Positions 39,645-51,685 of a stretch of DNA of 64,000 nt are shown here, piece after piece (the stretch's first letter is position 1; each line of letters opens with the position of its first letter). The notes beneath the pieces are model-generated. The model made no database searches, was not told where the DNA came from, and saw only the letters and a program-made list of their open reading frames with translations. The position numbers were made by a program, and so were the translations under genes. Origin of the DNA: the human T2T-CHM13v2.0 reference genome, Homo sapiens; NCBI RefSeq assembly GCF_009914755.1, contig NC_060934.1, one strand, 5' to 3'.

Positions 39645-39960
39645 TTTTTCCAGAGTTGTGATGGATTGGAAATGGGTGAGGGGGAACTTGGAGGAGGGTG
39701 CCCAGAATGACTCCTGCTTCTCCTTGCTCCCTGGAACAGATGGTGCTACCACTTACCGGGAACAGGAGCCTGCAAGAAGGACAGTTCAGGGGTGAGGTAC
39801 GGTGACTTGTAGACACAGTGAGAACTCGAGGCAGGCAGCTGGCTAAACAGATGTGGAGCTCAGAAAAGTGTGGGCTACAGATACACCTTTGAGACTCATC
39901 CAAAAATAGGTGGAAATGGAAGCCAAGAATGTGGATGAGATTACTGAGGGAGAAAATGTA
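39645..39960 (-). mobile_element. L2 LINE fragment
   Basis: gatggattggaaatgg...agaatgactcc...ggagctcagaaaagtgtgggctacagata...ggatgagattact. Confidence 0.65.
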
Positions 39961-40109
39961 GGAGGAGTGACCATTCCATGGCTGGCAGTGCAGGACAAAC
40001 ACGCGAAAGTTATGTAAGATGAGCCGAAACTGTTAGCAAAGACCAAGTCGGTATGGCTTTGTTCCCATGGCAAGGTGTCTGGATTGAAACATGTCTGGGA
40101 AATGTCCTG

Positions 40110-41370
40110 TATTCACTCATTTATTCAATAAATATGTATTGATGTTTACTATATGCCAAGCACTGATTTGGGTCTCGATATACTAAAATTATTAAGATGT
40201 TGTCCACAAGTGCTTCCCAATACCACTGGGGAGACAGGAATATGAGGAAACAGTTGCAATCCTATACAGTGGGTAGAATGATTGAGACAGGGACCGTACA
40301 GGTCACGAAGGCAGGCTGGGTATGAGGGTGGCATTGTAACTGCAATAAATAATGACTTGGAGTTGGCCAGGAGGGGTGTGTAGCTAAGATATCTCAAGCC
40401 TAGGCGGCAGCAGGAAAGGTGGCAAGGTGTGTTCAGATCTCTGGGAGCTGTTGGGTGTGGTTGAAGGCAGTGTGTGGAAAGAGGTGAGGATGGAGAGGCA
40501 GCCAAATGGCAGATTGGGAAGGGCAGTAAGTCAGGCCAAGGAACTGAACACATTTCCCCGCAGATAGCAAGGTGTCATTCAAAGGTTTCAAAGAAAGCTA
40601 TGGCATGTCAGGATCTCATTTCACCCAGGTAGCTGGCAGCTGTTCAGAGGTGACCTTTAAAGGTGATACGGCTGGGAACAAGGAGAACATTTTGGAGATG
40701 CTGCAGTGGCCAGGCAGGGGCCAGTGCAGTTGGTAGTTGTAGTTTTGGAAGTAAACGTGGAGGTAACTGAAGTTGGGACATAAGGAAAGATAGAGGTCAA
40801 GAAGGCTTCTCAGATTCCTAACTTGGGGGATGGGTGCATGGTGATTCTAGTCAAGGGAGCAGGGCTATGAAGGAGGGTGACGGGCCCAACACTTAGATAA
40901 ATGACCTACCTAGAAGGTACCGCTCAAGTGGATATTTGTTGACCAGTAAAATAGAGAGAGTGAAAAGAAGACGATGGAGGCTAGAGTGTCACCCAAGCTT
41001 CTGAGTTAGGGACTAGGTAGAAAATGGTGCCAAGAACCAAACGTGCAGAAGAGGAGACGTAGCTATGGAGTGGGAAGCACAGGTCCAGCTTGGAATGCGA
41101 GCAGGAGCAAGTGAGGTATGCACAGTGCCCTCAGCTGGAGATGTCTGTCTGACCACCAAAGGCCAGAATCCGGAGCTTGGGAAGTAGAGACTTTTAAGGC
41201 TCCAGCAAGGAATCGTTGAAGCCAAGGGAAAAGACTAGCTCGCCAATGGGAAGACGGAAGGAGCATAACCTGCCCTAAATTTTGGGGGTGGAAGAAATGT
41301 CTGTTGATGGTCAAGTGATAGCCAGGCACTATAGAAATTCAAGGAACCATGTCATGAAACCAAAGGACAT
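40110..41370 (-). mobile_element. L2 LINE fragments
   Basis: Starts attcactcatttattcaataaatatgtattgatgtttactatatgccaagcactg and continues with antisense L2 motifs. Confidence 0.75.
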
Positions 41371-43199
41371 TTAAAATATTGTCAGCCAATTATGTCAGTC
41401 TACAATTGCATTCAAGCTACAGGTATAAAAGGCTGAGATTATAAAAATAATGAAAATTTCCTATATGTTTTCCATGCTTCTATGTCCATATATTTGTCCT
41501 TTAACATCCAGTGCCACCCTGATATGGGCCAATCATTAAGTCAGGAATACACAAGTATGTGCAAATATTATGAAAGCCTCTCAAGGAGACTGGAGAATGA
41601 AATGTGAGAAATACACCAGAAACGCTGGCTTCCGGCTCACCATGTGGGCGGGTCAGTAAAACGTTTGATGGGAGAAAAGGAACATGGAGACTGGTGGGCC
41701 ATTGCTCACAAAACCTCCTTTTCCCCACTAGAGATATTCCTCCAAAACACACAAACAAATATATAAATTAAATTTGTTTGCATGTTTGTGTTTATTTTTT
41801 AAGAGCACACTATGGCAATTTCAATTAAATGAAGGTCATTTCCCCGGATTGCCATAAAACTCACATTAACTCTGTAACATTACCCGTAAGGTCTGGTCCT
41901 TTGACTCGAAATTAGCCCTAAGTCTGAAATCAGTAGGCTTCCTTAAGACAGCAGTATGAACCTCTCATCTCCAAGAAGGACCCCCGGATGGACTGAGGGG
42001 CCTTCTACTTGAGGGCTGCACTGGGAAGGTGATGCGCTCTGGGCTTGGTCGCTGGTGTGGGCAAAGGACCCATTGCAGCCCACCTGGGGGACCCTGGTCT
42101 GACCTGATGGAAGGAAAGGACCCACAGCATACCCAGCTCAGAGCAGCAAACCTTTGGTGAAAGGACAAATAAATCAGGAAACTGAAGGTATCTGGAAAGC
42201 ACAATGAGGAAGGGTCCATGCAGAATTCCATCATGGAAGGAGGATAACTGAATAGAAAAGATCTACTCCTCTGTGTAGGAAACTAACCCCCGCCCTTTCT
42301 CATTTATCTGTGACAAACTGAACATTTTTGAATACTGCACATCACCTCCCACAGGCATGAGCCTCTTCCCTCCCGGTGGTCTCAGGTGACCCTGTAAATA
42401 CCTTCCCAAGGCGTCCTGAGGTCAGCCTGATACACACGGGGCATTTTCCCAAAGGGGCTCCAACCGTCCTTCCCTCCAGCTTGGTTCCAGTTGTTAATCA
42501 TATTATATGGAGCCCAACAGATGTCTCATCTTACAGCCAAAGTGCATTTTCTCTCCATTCATATATCTGATGCCTTTGATTTACAGTTTACATCTATTTC
42601 TTGGCTGCAGAGCCCCGTGCTCACATCATTTTCTGCAGTGCAAGGAAGTCCATGAGGGAAATGGCAGCCCCAGCAGAGGAACCTCGTCCTGCTCACAGGC
42701 ACACCAGGCATGTGCTGGGTCCCCATCGTTTTTACTCTGCCACTAATTTGCATTCCTTTGTATCCATGTCCAGGGCTCCCAGCACGAAGGCACAGCGGGA
42801 AGCCTGGGTCCTGCCCTCCAGCTGCCTGCCGCCCAGCACGGGTGGCACACACTGCCCGCTGCCAGCTGGCCTCACTGCCTGCAAGCAGTTCCTCCTGGCT
42901 CCACTGTGATCTACCTCTGAGAGGTATGCAGGCTCTCGAAGGATAAGAGCTGCTATAACTCAGTCCTTCTTCCTGCTTCACTAATAAGGGACAAACTGGA
43001 TGGAGTCAATGTCACTGTCCTTGGCGTCTGTTGGGATGAAGGCGTGCAATGAGCACATGATTTTGTTGAGCTGACCTCTTCTCTCCTGCACCTGGAAGCC
43101 CCTGAGGCCTGGGCCACACAGGCATTCCCAGCTGCTGCCTTGTTCCATGCGGTGGTTTCTGTGGCTGCAGCTGTGGGAAATGAGGAGTGCTTAGGGCGG

Positions 43200-44160
43200 G
43201 AAGACATGTGGACCCAGAGGCCAGGGGCTCTTCATTTGATCTCACCTCCTATTTTGCCCTTCACAGATGGGTTTCAGGAGACTTTTCGACCCCCCTTTCT
43301 CTGCCTCTTCACATTCTTACTCCTTCTGGCCCACTCCCTTCTGGTGTCCACTCTTCCGAGGCTGATATTGCTGAGGTCACCGCCAACCTTTGGGCCCTGA
43401 TGGCCAGTGCACACTCCTTCAGCCTGATGCCGCTGAACTCCCAACACAATGTGGCCTGGTCACACCTCCTTGCTGGGCGGCCCGTCCTCCTCACCATGGG
43501 TTCCTCAGGGCTCGGCCTGGACTCCTTCCTCCTCCCTCATCACAACTCTCCAGTCTGCAGACTTTGGGCATGTGGTCTTAGAAGCCACAGATGACCCCAA
43601 CCCAGTCTGCTCTTCTGAACTCATGGGATTCAACACTACTCAGTATTTCCCTTCATCTCAAGACTCAAATGTCCCAAACAGAACTCATCATCCCCACCAG
43701 AACCTGTCTCTCTCCCCACACCCCTGCCCCTGCAGATCATCCCTCAGACACTCTCCTCATCCTCACCATCCCCCTCTTCTCTGCTGCCTTCACTCAAGCA
43801 AACACATCCTGGAAAATTGGCTCCCCAAAGTCTCTGAATGTCTTCTCCTCTCTCCACCTAGCATGCAGCACCTAGCAGCCGCCGGGGCCTCCCACCTCCC
43901 TCTCCCAGGACCTCCATGGTCCATCCTCCCTCCTTCCGGCCCTGCCTCCACAGAGCACCTCAAATTAGGTTTCAAAAATGCAGAAAGGAGCCTGTCCTGC
44001 TGCACCTTTAAACCCTTCCAGGACACACCCTTCCTCTGCATGTTACACTTAGTTTAACTTGCAATGTCCTGCAGTGTCACCCCGGTCTGTGTGTCTGACT
44101 CATCTCCCATCAGATGCCTCTTACCCCATTGAACCAATAAATGATGTATTGCTTTTCCCA
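43200..44160 (+). mobile_element. L2 LINE fragment
   Basis: C/T-rich sense L2 motifs ggttcctcagggctc, gatgaccccaa, caaatgtcccaaacagaactcatcatc. Confidence 0.6.
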
Positions 44161-44267
44161 AGCCATGAGCACTTCTTCCCACACAGCCCCAGCCATACGG
44201 GGGCTCTGTGGGTTCCTTCCTCATGCCTGATCCCTTCTTGCCAGTGACTTTTTCAACCTGGAGAACC

Positions 44268-45328
44268 CACATGCACACATGCACATGAACACAGGCACAC
44301 ACACGCATACATATGCACACACACGTATTCACACATGCACACACAGGCACACATGCGTATTCACACATGCATATTCATACAGGCACACACAAATTCACAC
44401 AGGCACATACAGGCACACACTCATTCACACATGCACACATATTCACACATTCACACAGGCACACATGCATATTCACACAGACACACATATTCACACAGGC
44501 ACACATGCATATTCACACACATATTGATACAGGCACACATGCATATTCAAACAGGCACACACAGGTGTATTCACAAAGGCACACATATGCACATACATTC
44601 ACAGACAGGCACACACATTCACACAGGCATACACATGCAGACACACATTCACATATGCACACACAGGCACACACACGCATATGCACACAGACACACATAT
44701 TCATACATGCATGCACGGGAACACACATATATGCACACAGACACACATTCACACAGGCACACACATGCACACAGACACACATTCACACAGGCACACACAT
44801 GCACACACACATATTCACACAAGCACACACAGGCACACACATGCGCACACACATATTCACACAGGCACACACATGCAGACACATGTTCACACAGGCACAC
44901 ACATATGGACACGGGGACATGCAGGCACGCACACATATGCACACAGGCACACACACATATTTACACAGGCACACACACATATTTACACAGGCACACACAG
45001 GTATAGTCACTCAGACACACATTCACACAGGCACATGCATGCATATGCACACAGGCACACACATTCACACAGGCACACACACATATATTCACACAGTCAC
45101 ACACACATTCACACAGGTGCACACATATTCATACATATTCACACAGGCACACACATGCATATTCACACAGGCACACACATATTCACACAGGCACACACAG
45201 GCACACACATGCATATTCACACAGGTACACACATAGTCACACAGGCGAACACATGTTCACACAGGCACACACATGTTCACACATGTGCACAGATGTGCAC
45301 ACACATACATATTCACACATGCACACAC
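44268..45328. repeat. ~1.06-kb degenerate CA-rich tandem repeat
   Basis: Recurrent words cacacaggcacacac, atattcacac and atgcacac. It produces the His/Thr-rich and Cys/Val-rich ORFs in all frames. Confidence 0.95.
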
Positions 45329-45719
45329 GGGCCCACACTCATCCCTCCTTTTTCCTGCTAATCTTTTCTCTGCTCTGCTGATGAGCAGCTCCAGGAGTGG
45401 ACAGTGAAGCCTCCAGGCTCTGTCAACCAGCTTGAGCTCCCCATCCTTGCTTAAGGCACCCGGTCTTTGGTTTCTGGAGCTCCTCTCAAATATGACCTTG
45501 CAGCCCTTGGTGCCTTCACTTGGTGGCTGCCGACTGGTCCGCAGCGGTCCTCACTCTCCACGGACTCCGAGGCCTGACTGACTGTGCCTTGCTGCAGGCT
45601 CGACACCCGGCACTGCCCAGTGTCTCATGCAGGGGCGCTCAGGCTGTGAATAAATGGGGCAGACACCGCTGGACGGCCAGAGCGCCCACGGGGACCCCAT
45701 GTGTGGTCAGTGCAGCGTA

Positions 45720-46125
45720 TGGGGTCTCAAAACAACGTGACTTAAAGATCCAACAGTGAGACGATGGTTAAGTGACAACCACCGTATAATGGGATAATAA
45801 GCGTGGGTAGACGTTCTTTTCAGAGAACATTTAATGATGGGAAGACGATCGTAACATGTTGAGAAAAATAAAAGCAAAACAAATTACCAAATACCCAGAG
45901 CCTACCATTTATTAAATAAATTCCAATGTAAATTTTAATTCAATAAATACATATCACTAGGCATGAATGTGGAACTGAAAACAGTATGTCATGGATACTA
46001 GCACATAAGTATCAAAAGAAAGGACAAAATACAATTTTGTATTTTCTGTATGCATTTCTATGCCTTTCAAATATTTTATAATAATGTGCTATTTTGTGAT
46101 CTAATGAAAAAATTAAAATTTTAAA
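45720..46125 (+). mobile_element. L1ME-type 3'-end fragment
   Basis: ccaacagtgagacgatggttaagt...catttaatgatggg...ttttctgtatgcatttctatgcctttcaaat. Confidence 0.55.
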
Positions 46126-46224
46126 GAAAATAAACACTTAAGAAAATTCTATGCTATGCCTTTCTAATTTCCCATGGCTGATGTATTGAGCGTGTCCTCA
46201 CTCCCTCATGATTACCCACGCTCC

Positions 46225-46862
46225 TCTAACACCCACACCTCCACCCACGCCCAAGACCGTGTGCACACTTGTACCTGCACTCCATCTCATACCTGTGTTC
46301 ACACTCACACCTACTGTATCCCAGACCCACACCTGTGCTCACACCTGCACCCACACCCACACCTACATCCACCCCACACCTCTACCCACACCCACAACTA
46401 TATCCACCCCACACCCACACCTACATCCACCCCACACCTCTACCCACACCCACAACTATATCCACCCCACACCCACACCTACATCCACCCCACACCTCTA
46501 CCCACACCCACAACTATATCCACCCCACACCCACACCTACATCCACCCCACACCTCTACCCACACTCACACCTACATCCACCCCACACCCACACCTACAT
46601 CCACCCCACACCTCTACCCACACTCACACCTACATCCACCCCACACCTACATCATCCCACACCTGTACCCACAGTCGTACACTCACATCTGTGCCCACCT
46701 GTACCTAAACCCTCAGCGGTACCCACGCCTATACCTGTAGCCCAATCCACACCTGTGCCCACACATATACTCACATGCATACCTACATCCACCCCACACC
46801 TATATGCACACTCACATCCGTGCCCACACTTGTACCCACACCCACACACCCAACTCACACCA
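46225..46862. repeat. C/A-rich minisatellite with a 58-bp core unit (~5 copies, 46353-46650)
   Basis: Unit acacccacacctacatccaccccacacctctacccacacccacaactatatccacccc. caactatatcc recurs at 46395, 46453 and 46511 (period 58). Confidence 0.95.
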
Positions 46863-47629
46863 AGTATCTTTTTGAGGAAAAACCTGACAGTATACTAAAG
46901 TTACTTAAAATATGTATATGTTGTTGTTTTTGATGTGGTATACCTTCTTGTAAGAAACCATCATAGAGCATACATAAAAGCTTAAATAAAATGTAATCAA
47001 TATATGGTTGTTTATAATGGAAAAGATTGAGAGAATGATGGTTAAGTAAATAAGAATTAAATTATAACAATATTTTGCAGTCATTAGAAATTGTGATTTT
47101 GCACCAGAACGCTGCTACTTCACCATTTCAGCACCCCCATTACAAACACATGCTAATGACAGATAAAAATACAAGGAAGGAAATATCAAAAAGACACGGG
47201 CACACAGAAAAACATAACCCATGCCCTCTTGGACCCAAGGGAACAGGGACAGCAAGTGGGCAAATGGGTTTAGGCTTAAGACCCCTGTGCTGGGGACAGG
47301 CAGTTGGTGACCAGCTAACCAGGCTCCATGGGCTGCAGAGGCCACTGCTGGGAACCAGGGCTGGAAAGGGGTTCCACTGATGAAAGGAGGCTGCCAAGCT
47401 GCTGCTGCTAACTGTTGGTGGCTGCATCTCCTGGGAAGCCACAGCCTGAAGGGGAAGGAAAATCTGGCATAGTCTCGTACCCAGGACTAAACTCACCTTC
47501 AGGGAGGGCAGGGACTGAATCTACAGTATCCTCAATTACTTCACACGGCATAAAGTGATTTAAAGTACAGTTTTAGTATCTATCAGGACATAAAAACACA
47601 GTACACTGTAGGAAATCTGCAGACCACCA

Positions 47630-49860
47630 GGGATGTCAAATTATCTAAAAAGTTTCCAGAAAGGTTTATCTTTTGAAAGATTATTCACCAAGAGAAGAAA
47701 ATTGGACAGAAGACTTCTCAATAGCAACAAAACAAGCCTAAATATGAGAGACTATCTTCAAAGTGCTGCACAAACAACAAAAAAAAACCACACAACACTT
47801 GTCAACCTTGAATTCTGTACCCAGCTAGATATGATTCAGGAGTGGAAGAAAAATAAAGAAATTTACAGATAAACAGAGGTTAAAAATTCACCACTCAAAG
47901 ACCCTCATTGAAAGAACTGCTAGGAGTCTTACTTCAGCAAGAATAAAAGCAAACCCAGAAGAAGAAGTGGGTGCAACAAATATTGATAAAATACATTGGC
48001 AAGTTTAATTAATTATTGACAATGATAATAATTAATTATGTGTGTTTTGTAGTGAACATAACCTTAGTCAACAGTAAAAAGAAGGATGAGAATGAGGCAG
48101 GAAGTTAGTTAACTGGGCATTGAAATGTGATAAATTGCTAGCCTTGTCCGGGGGTTAGATATAGATATGGAATGATTCTGCAATACATATTTAAAATCAT
48201 TGTTAACAAAATTTAAATAGCAAAAGGTAACCACTGGAATGGGAATACAATCTGTAACTTCCAAACCATCAGAGAAAAACAACACAATGGATATGGAAAA
48301 CTTGTTAAATCCCTCAGAGAAGATAGGAGAAAAGACAAAAAGGTATATATTGATAAACAGGGTCTAGAATGTAAGATGTTCAAAGTTCTAAATGTGTCCA
48401 TTATTGCAGTGCACGTAATAAGTTGAACTTATATATTAAAATTAGAAAATCAGCTGTGTTTAACAACAACAACAATAAAAAGTGTATGCTTCTGCTAGTA
48501 AATAGACCTGAATCAAATGAATCAAGAATGTTTTCAAAAGAGATAGAAAAACATATTGGAGAAACATTAACTGAAAGAAAATTGCTGTAGTAATATTGAC
48601 ATAGAAAATATAAATATTGATGTTAAAAGAGACCTTACATTACAAGAGCAATCCCTCAAGAAGATATTGCAATCATTTTAATTAAAAAACAATAATAACA
48701 CTTTTTGAAAACTAAGAGAATTACTAAACAAACCATAGTTTAAAGAGGAAATCATAAGGCAGCAATGAAATTATAAAATATTTTAAATGAGAAGCCATGA
48801 CATTAGTGCCTACAAATACTTGTAGGGTGTATCTAAAGCTGTATTTGGAGGTAAATTTATAGCCTTTAATACACTTATTAAAAGAAAAAAATGTTGAAGT
48901 AAATAAAAAGGAAATAGAAGAAAAGAATAGCAATGTTAAGGGCAAAAGCAACTGAAATAAAATAGAGACCTAAAGATGATTCTTTAAAAAAAATTTAATA
49001 GAAAAAACAACAACAACAAAACTCCAAGTATGAGCAAGAGAAAAAGAATAGGAAAAGTGCACAATATAAGAATATTGAGAATGAAAAGAGGCTTAATTAC
49101 AGATCCAAAATATTCTTAACAGCTTAATGTCAGTACCTTTGAAAAGTCAAACAAAATGTACAAGTTTCCAGACAATATTGCCAATATATTACTAAAAATG
49201 TCTTATTAATAAAATGCCAAAAGTCTAAATAAACCTATAATCACTAAATAAATTGAATTGTTAGTCAGAATTTAATACTCAAAATAACATTAGAGGCAAA
49301 GATAGTCTTACAGGTAAAGTTTTCAAATCTCTGAGAACAGATGATTCTCATTTTATGTAGTCATAAAAGACTAGAAAATAATTGAACATCAATGCAACTC
49401 AGATTTTCTCTAGGAATGCCAAAACAGCACCTCGTCAATAAATGCCATATACCACATTAGCATATTAACAGGAAAAGGGCATTTTACACGTGATCATTAC
49501 AGTGAGTTCAGAAAAACATAGAATAAAATCACTACTCATGTTAAGAAAATGAACAACACTTAACTGAAGAGAAATAGAAGGAAACTTTCTTAACCTCGTG
49601 AAAGAGTGTGTCGTCCCCAAATGCAGAGCCAGCGTGATCCTCAATGGCCACATATTATACACATTTCTTCACAGTTAACAAGGGAAGGACACCCCAAGAT
49701 CTTCAGCACTGTGCTGGGGCCTAAGCCAATGCAATAAGATCATAAAATGGAGTTTTTAAATGTAAGGAATAGTCAAAAGGCCATTATTTGCAGATAGTAT
49801 TATGCACACGGAATGGCAACTCATGGGAGAAATATCAATGGGCAATAATCATGAGAAATC
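47630..49860 (+). mobile_element. Highly degenerate L1M (ORF1 end, inter-ORF, ORF2)
   Basis: ctaaagctgtatttggaggtaaatttatagcctttaatac corresponds to ORF2 AKAVLRGKFIALN; attatttgcagatagtat corresponds to LFADD. A-rich strand. Confidence 0.8.
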
Positions 49861-49872
49861 ATTTATAACCTA

Positions 49873-50230
49873 TGACATGGTTTGGCTCTGTGTCCCCACC
49901 CAAATCTCACCTTGAATTGTAATAATCCCCATGTGTCAAGGGTGGGGCCATGTGGAGATAACCGAATCATGGGGGCAGTTTCCCTTATACTGTTCTCATG
50001 GTAGTGAATAAGTCTCATGAGATCTGATGGTTTTATAAAGGGCAGTTCACCTACACATGCTCTCTTGCCTGCCTCCATTTAAGATGTGTTTTGCTTCCCC
50101 TTTGCCCTCTGCCATGATTGTGAGGCCTCGCCTGCCATGTGGAACTGTGAGACCATTAAACCTCTTTTTCTTTATAAATTATGCAGTCTCGGGTATGTCT
50201 TTATTAGCAGAGTGAGAACAGACTGATACA
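49873..50230 (+). mobile_element. THE1 (THE1C/D-like) MaLR solo LTR
   Basis: tgacatggtttggctctgtgtccccacccaaatctcacc...gtgagaacagactgataca. Flanks accta/acctc form a degenerate 5-bp TSD. Confidence 0.95.
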
Positions 50231-50381
50231 ACCTCATAAATGTGAATCAAAACAAAACACTACCTCGCTTATGACATTGGCAAATATTTTAACAATGAAA
50301 ACCAGTGCTGGTTCCTGTGATGACATTGTAGTTTTGTTCTCTCTGTGTAGGCCCTTAAATTGGTATGACTTTTCTGGAAAG

Positions 50382-50385
<4 letters not shown>

Positions 50386-50417
<32 letters not shown>
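50386..50417. repeat. (GT)16 microsatellite
   Basis: Read directly. Confidence 0.95.
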
Positions 50418-50419
<2 letters not shown>

Positions 50420-51007
50420 CTATATTAAGTTCCATGTGTTAATGGGAATGTAGAATTTCTGAGGCAAGGAGTACAATCTTGCCTCAGGACGTCTGAAAGC
50501 TTAGGCAGTTATGTCCTGGTACCTAGTAGTCCACTTAACAAATGCTTGCTAAACAAATTAAAGAAACGTGTACAAACTATTCATATCATTAGGATATATT
50601 TGCTATTTTTGTTGCAAATATTTTCCCAGTGTGGTTCGTCTTGTTCAGTGTGGTTGACAGGGTTAATTCTTTCAAGGCCAAGCAGCTTCAGAGTGGAGGA
50701 GGTAGGCTCCAGCCCAGGTGTGTCCGAGTGTGAAGTTACTGCCCTTATCTGGGACGCTTCATTAGATATAAGGATGTGGCGATTGATGGGGCCAGACAGA
50801 GAGGCAGGGCCCAGACAGAGCATGAAGGTTTTTAGTGCCCACAGCTAAGGAGTCTGGGCTTTATTTAATAGTTCTGAGATATGAAGGAGGAATGGAGCAG
50901 ATTAATTGGCACATGTGTGGTAGCGGGGCGGGTTGGAGGTTCCAGAGGGTCATTTGAATTTAATGGCTGTAAACAGGGGAATAACATGATCTTATTTTTG
51001 GTTTTAA

Positions 51008-51330
51008 GGGAGGAAGGAATACACAGGTGGAGCACGAGGGATTTTTAGGGCTGGGAACTATTCTGGATGATGCTGTGATGGTGGATACATTCCATTATGC
51101 CTTTGTCAAAACCCACAGAATGTATGACACAAAGAAGTAAGCTTGGACTTAGGTAATGTATCAGTACAGGTTCACTGGTTGTAAAGTATGTCCCTATGCT
51201 AATGCAAGATGTTAATAACAGGGGAAACTTGGGGGTTGGGGGAGGCTGAGGGACTGTAAGAGAACTCCTTATTTTCCAATCATTTTTCTGTGAACCTAAA
51301 CCTATTCTAAAACAAATCTATGAATAATTC
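51008..51330 (+). mobile_element. L1MC-type 3' end
   Basis: caggtggagcacgagggatttttaggg...tttgtcaaaacccacagaatgta...gatgttaataacaggggaaact...tttttctgtgaacctaaa. Confidence 0.85.
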
Positions 51331-51343
51331 TTAAAAGATGATT

Positions 51344-51685
51344 CTACTATGCAGCCATAAAAAAGAATGAAACGGTGTTCTTTGCAGTAACATACACGCA
51401 GCTGGAGGCCGTGATTCTAAGTGAGTCAGTGCAGTAACAGGAAAGCAAATACCACATGTTCTCACTTACAAGTGGGAGCTAAACTTTAGCTACTCATGGA
51501 CATCAACCTGAGAACAATAGACACTGAGGACTCCTAGAGATGGAAGGGAAGGAAAAACTAACTACTGGGTACTATGCTCAGTACCTGGGTGATGGGATCA
51601 CTTGGATCCCAAACGTCAGCATCATGCAGTCTACCTAGGTAACAAACCTGTGCATGTACCCCTTGAATCTAAAGTGAATATGGGA
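51344..51685 (+). mobile_element. L1PA15-16/L1PB-type 3' end
   Basis: tactatgcagccataaaaaagaatga...catgttctcacttacaagtgggagctaaac...tacctgggtgatgggatca...gtaacaaacctgtgcatgtacccc. Confidence 0.88.

Noticed and set aside
44279-45361. Long His/Thr-rich and Cys/Val-rich ORFs (up to 307 aa)
   Set aside because: All frames are open only because the CA-rich repeat lacks stop codons. There is no coding signature.
46353-46650. Regularly spaced repeats suggestive of a CRISPR array
   Set aside because: Head-to-tail units with no unique spacers, in primate DNA with no cas genes.
46174-46898. Pro/Thr/His-rich ORFs in three frames
   Set aside because: Translation of the 58-bp minisatellite; the unit length is not a multiple of 3.
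50120-50140. PRDM9 hotspot motif position in the THE1 LTR
   Set aside because: The sequence reads cctcgcctgccat and does not match CCTCCCTNNCCAC.
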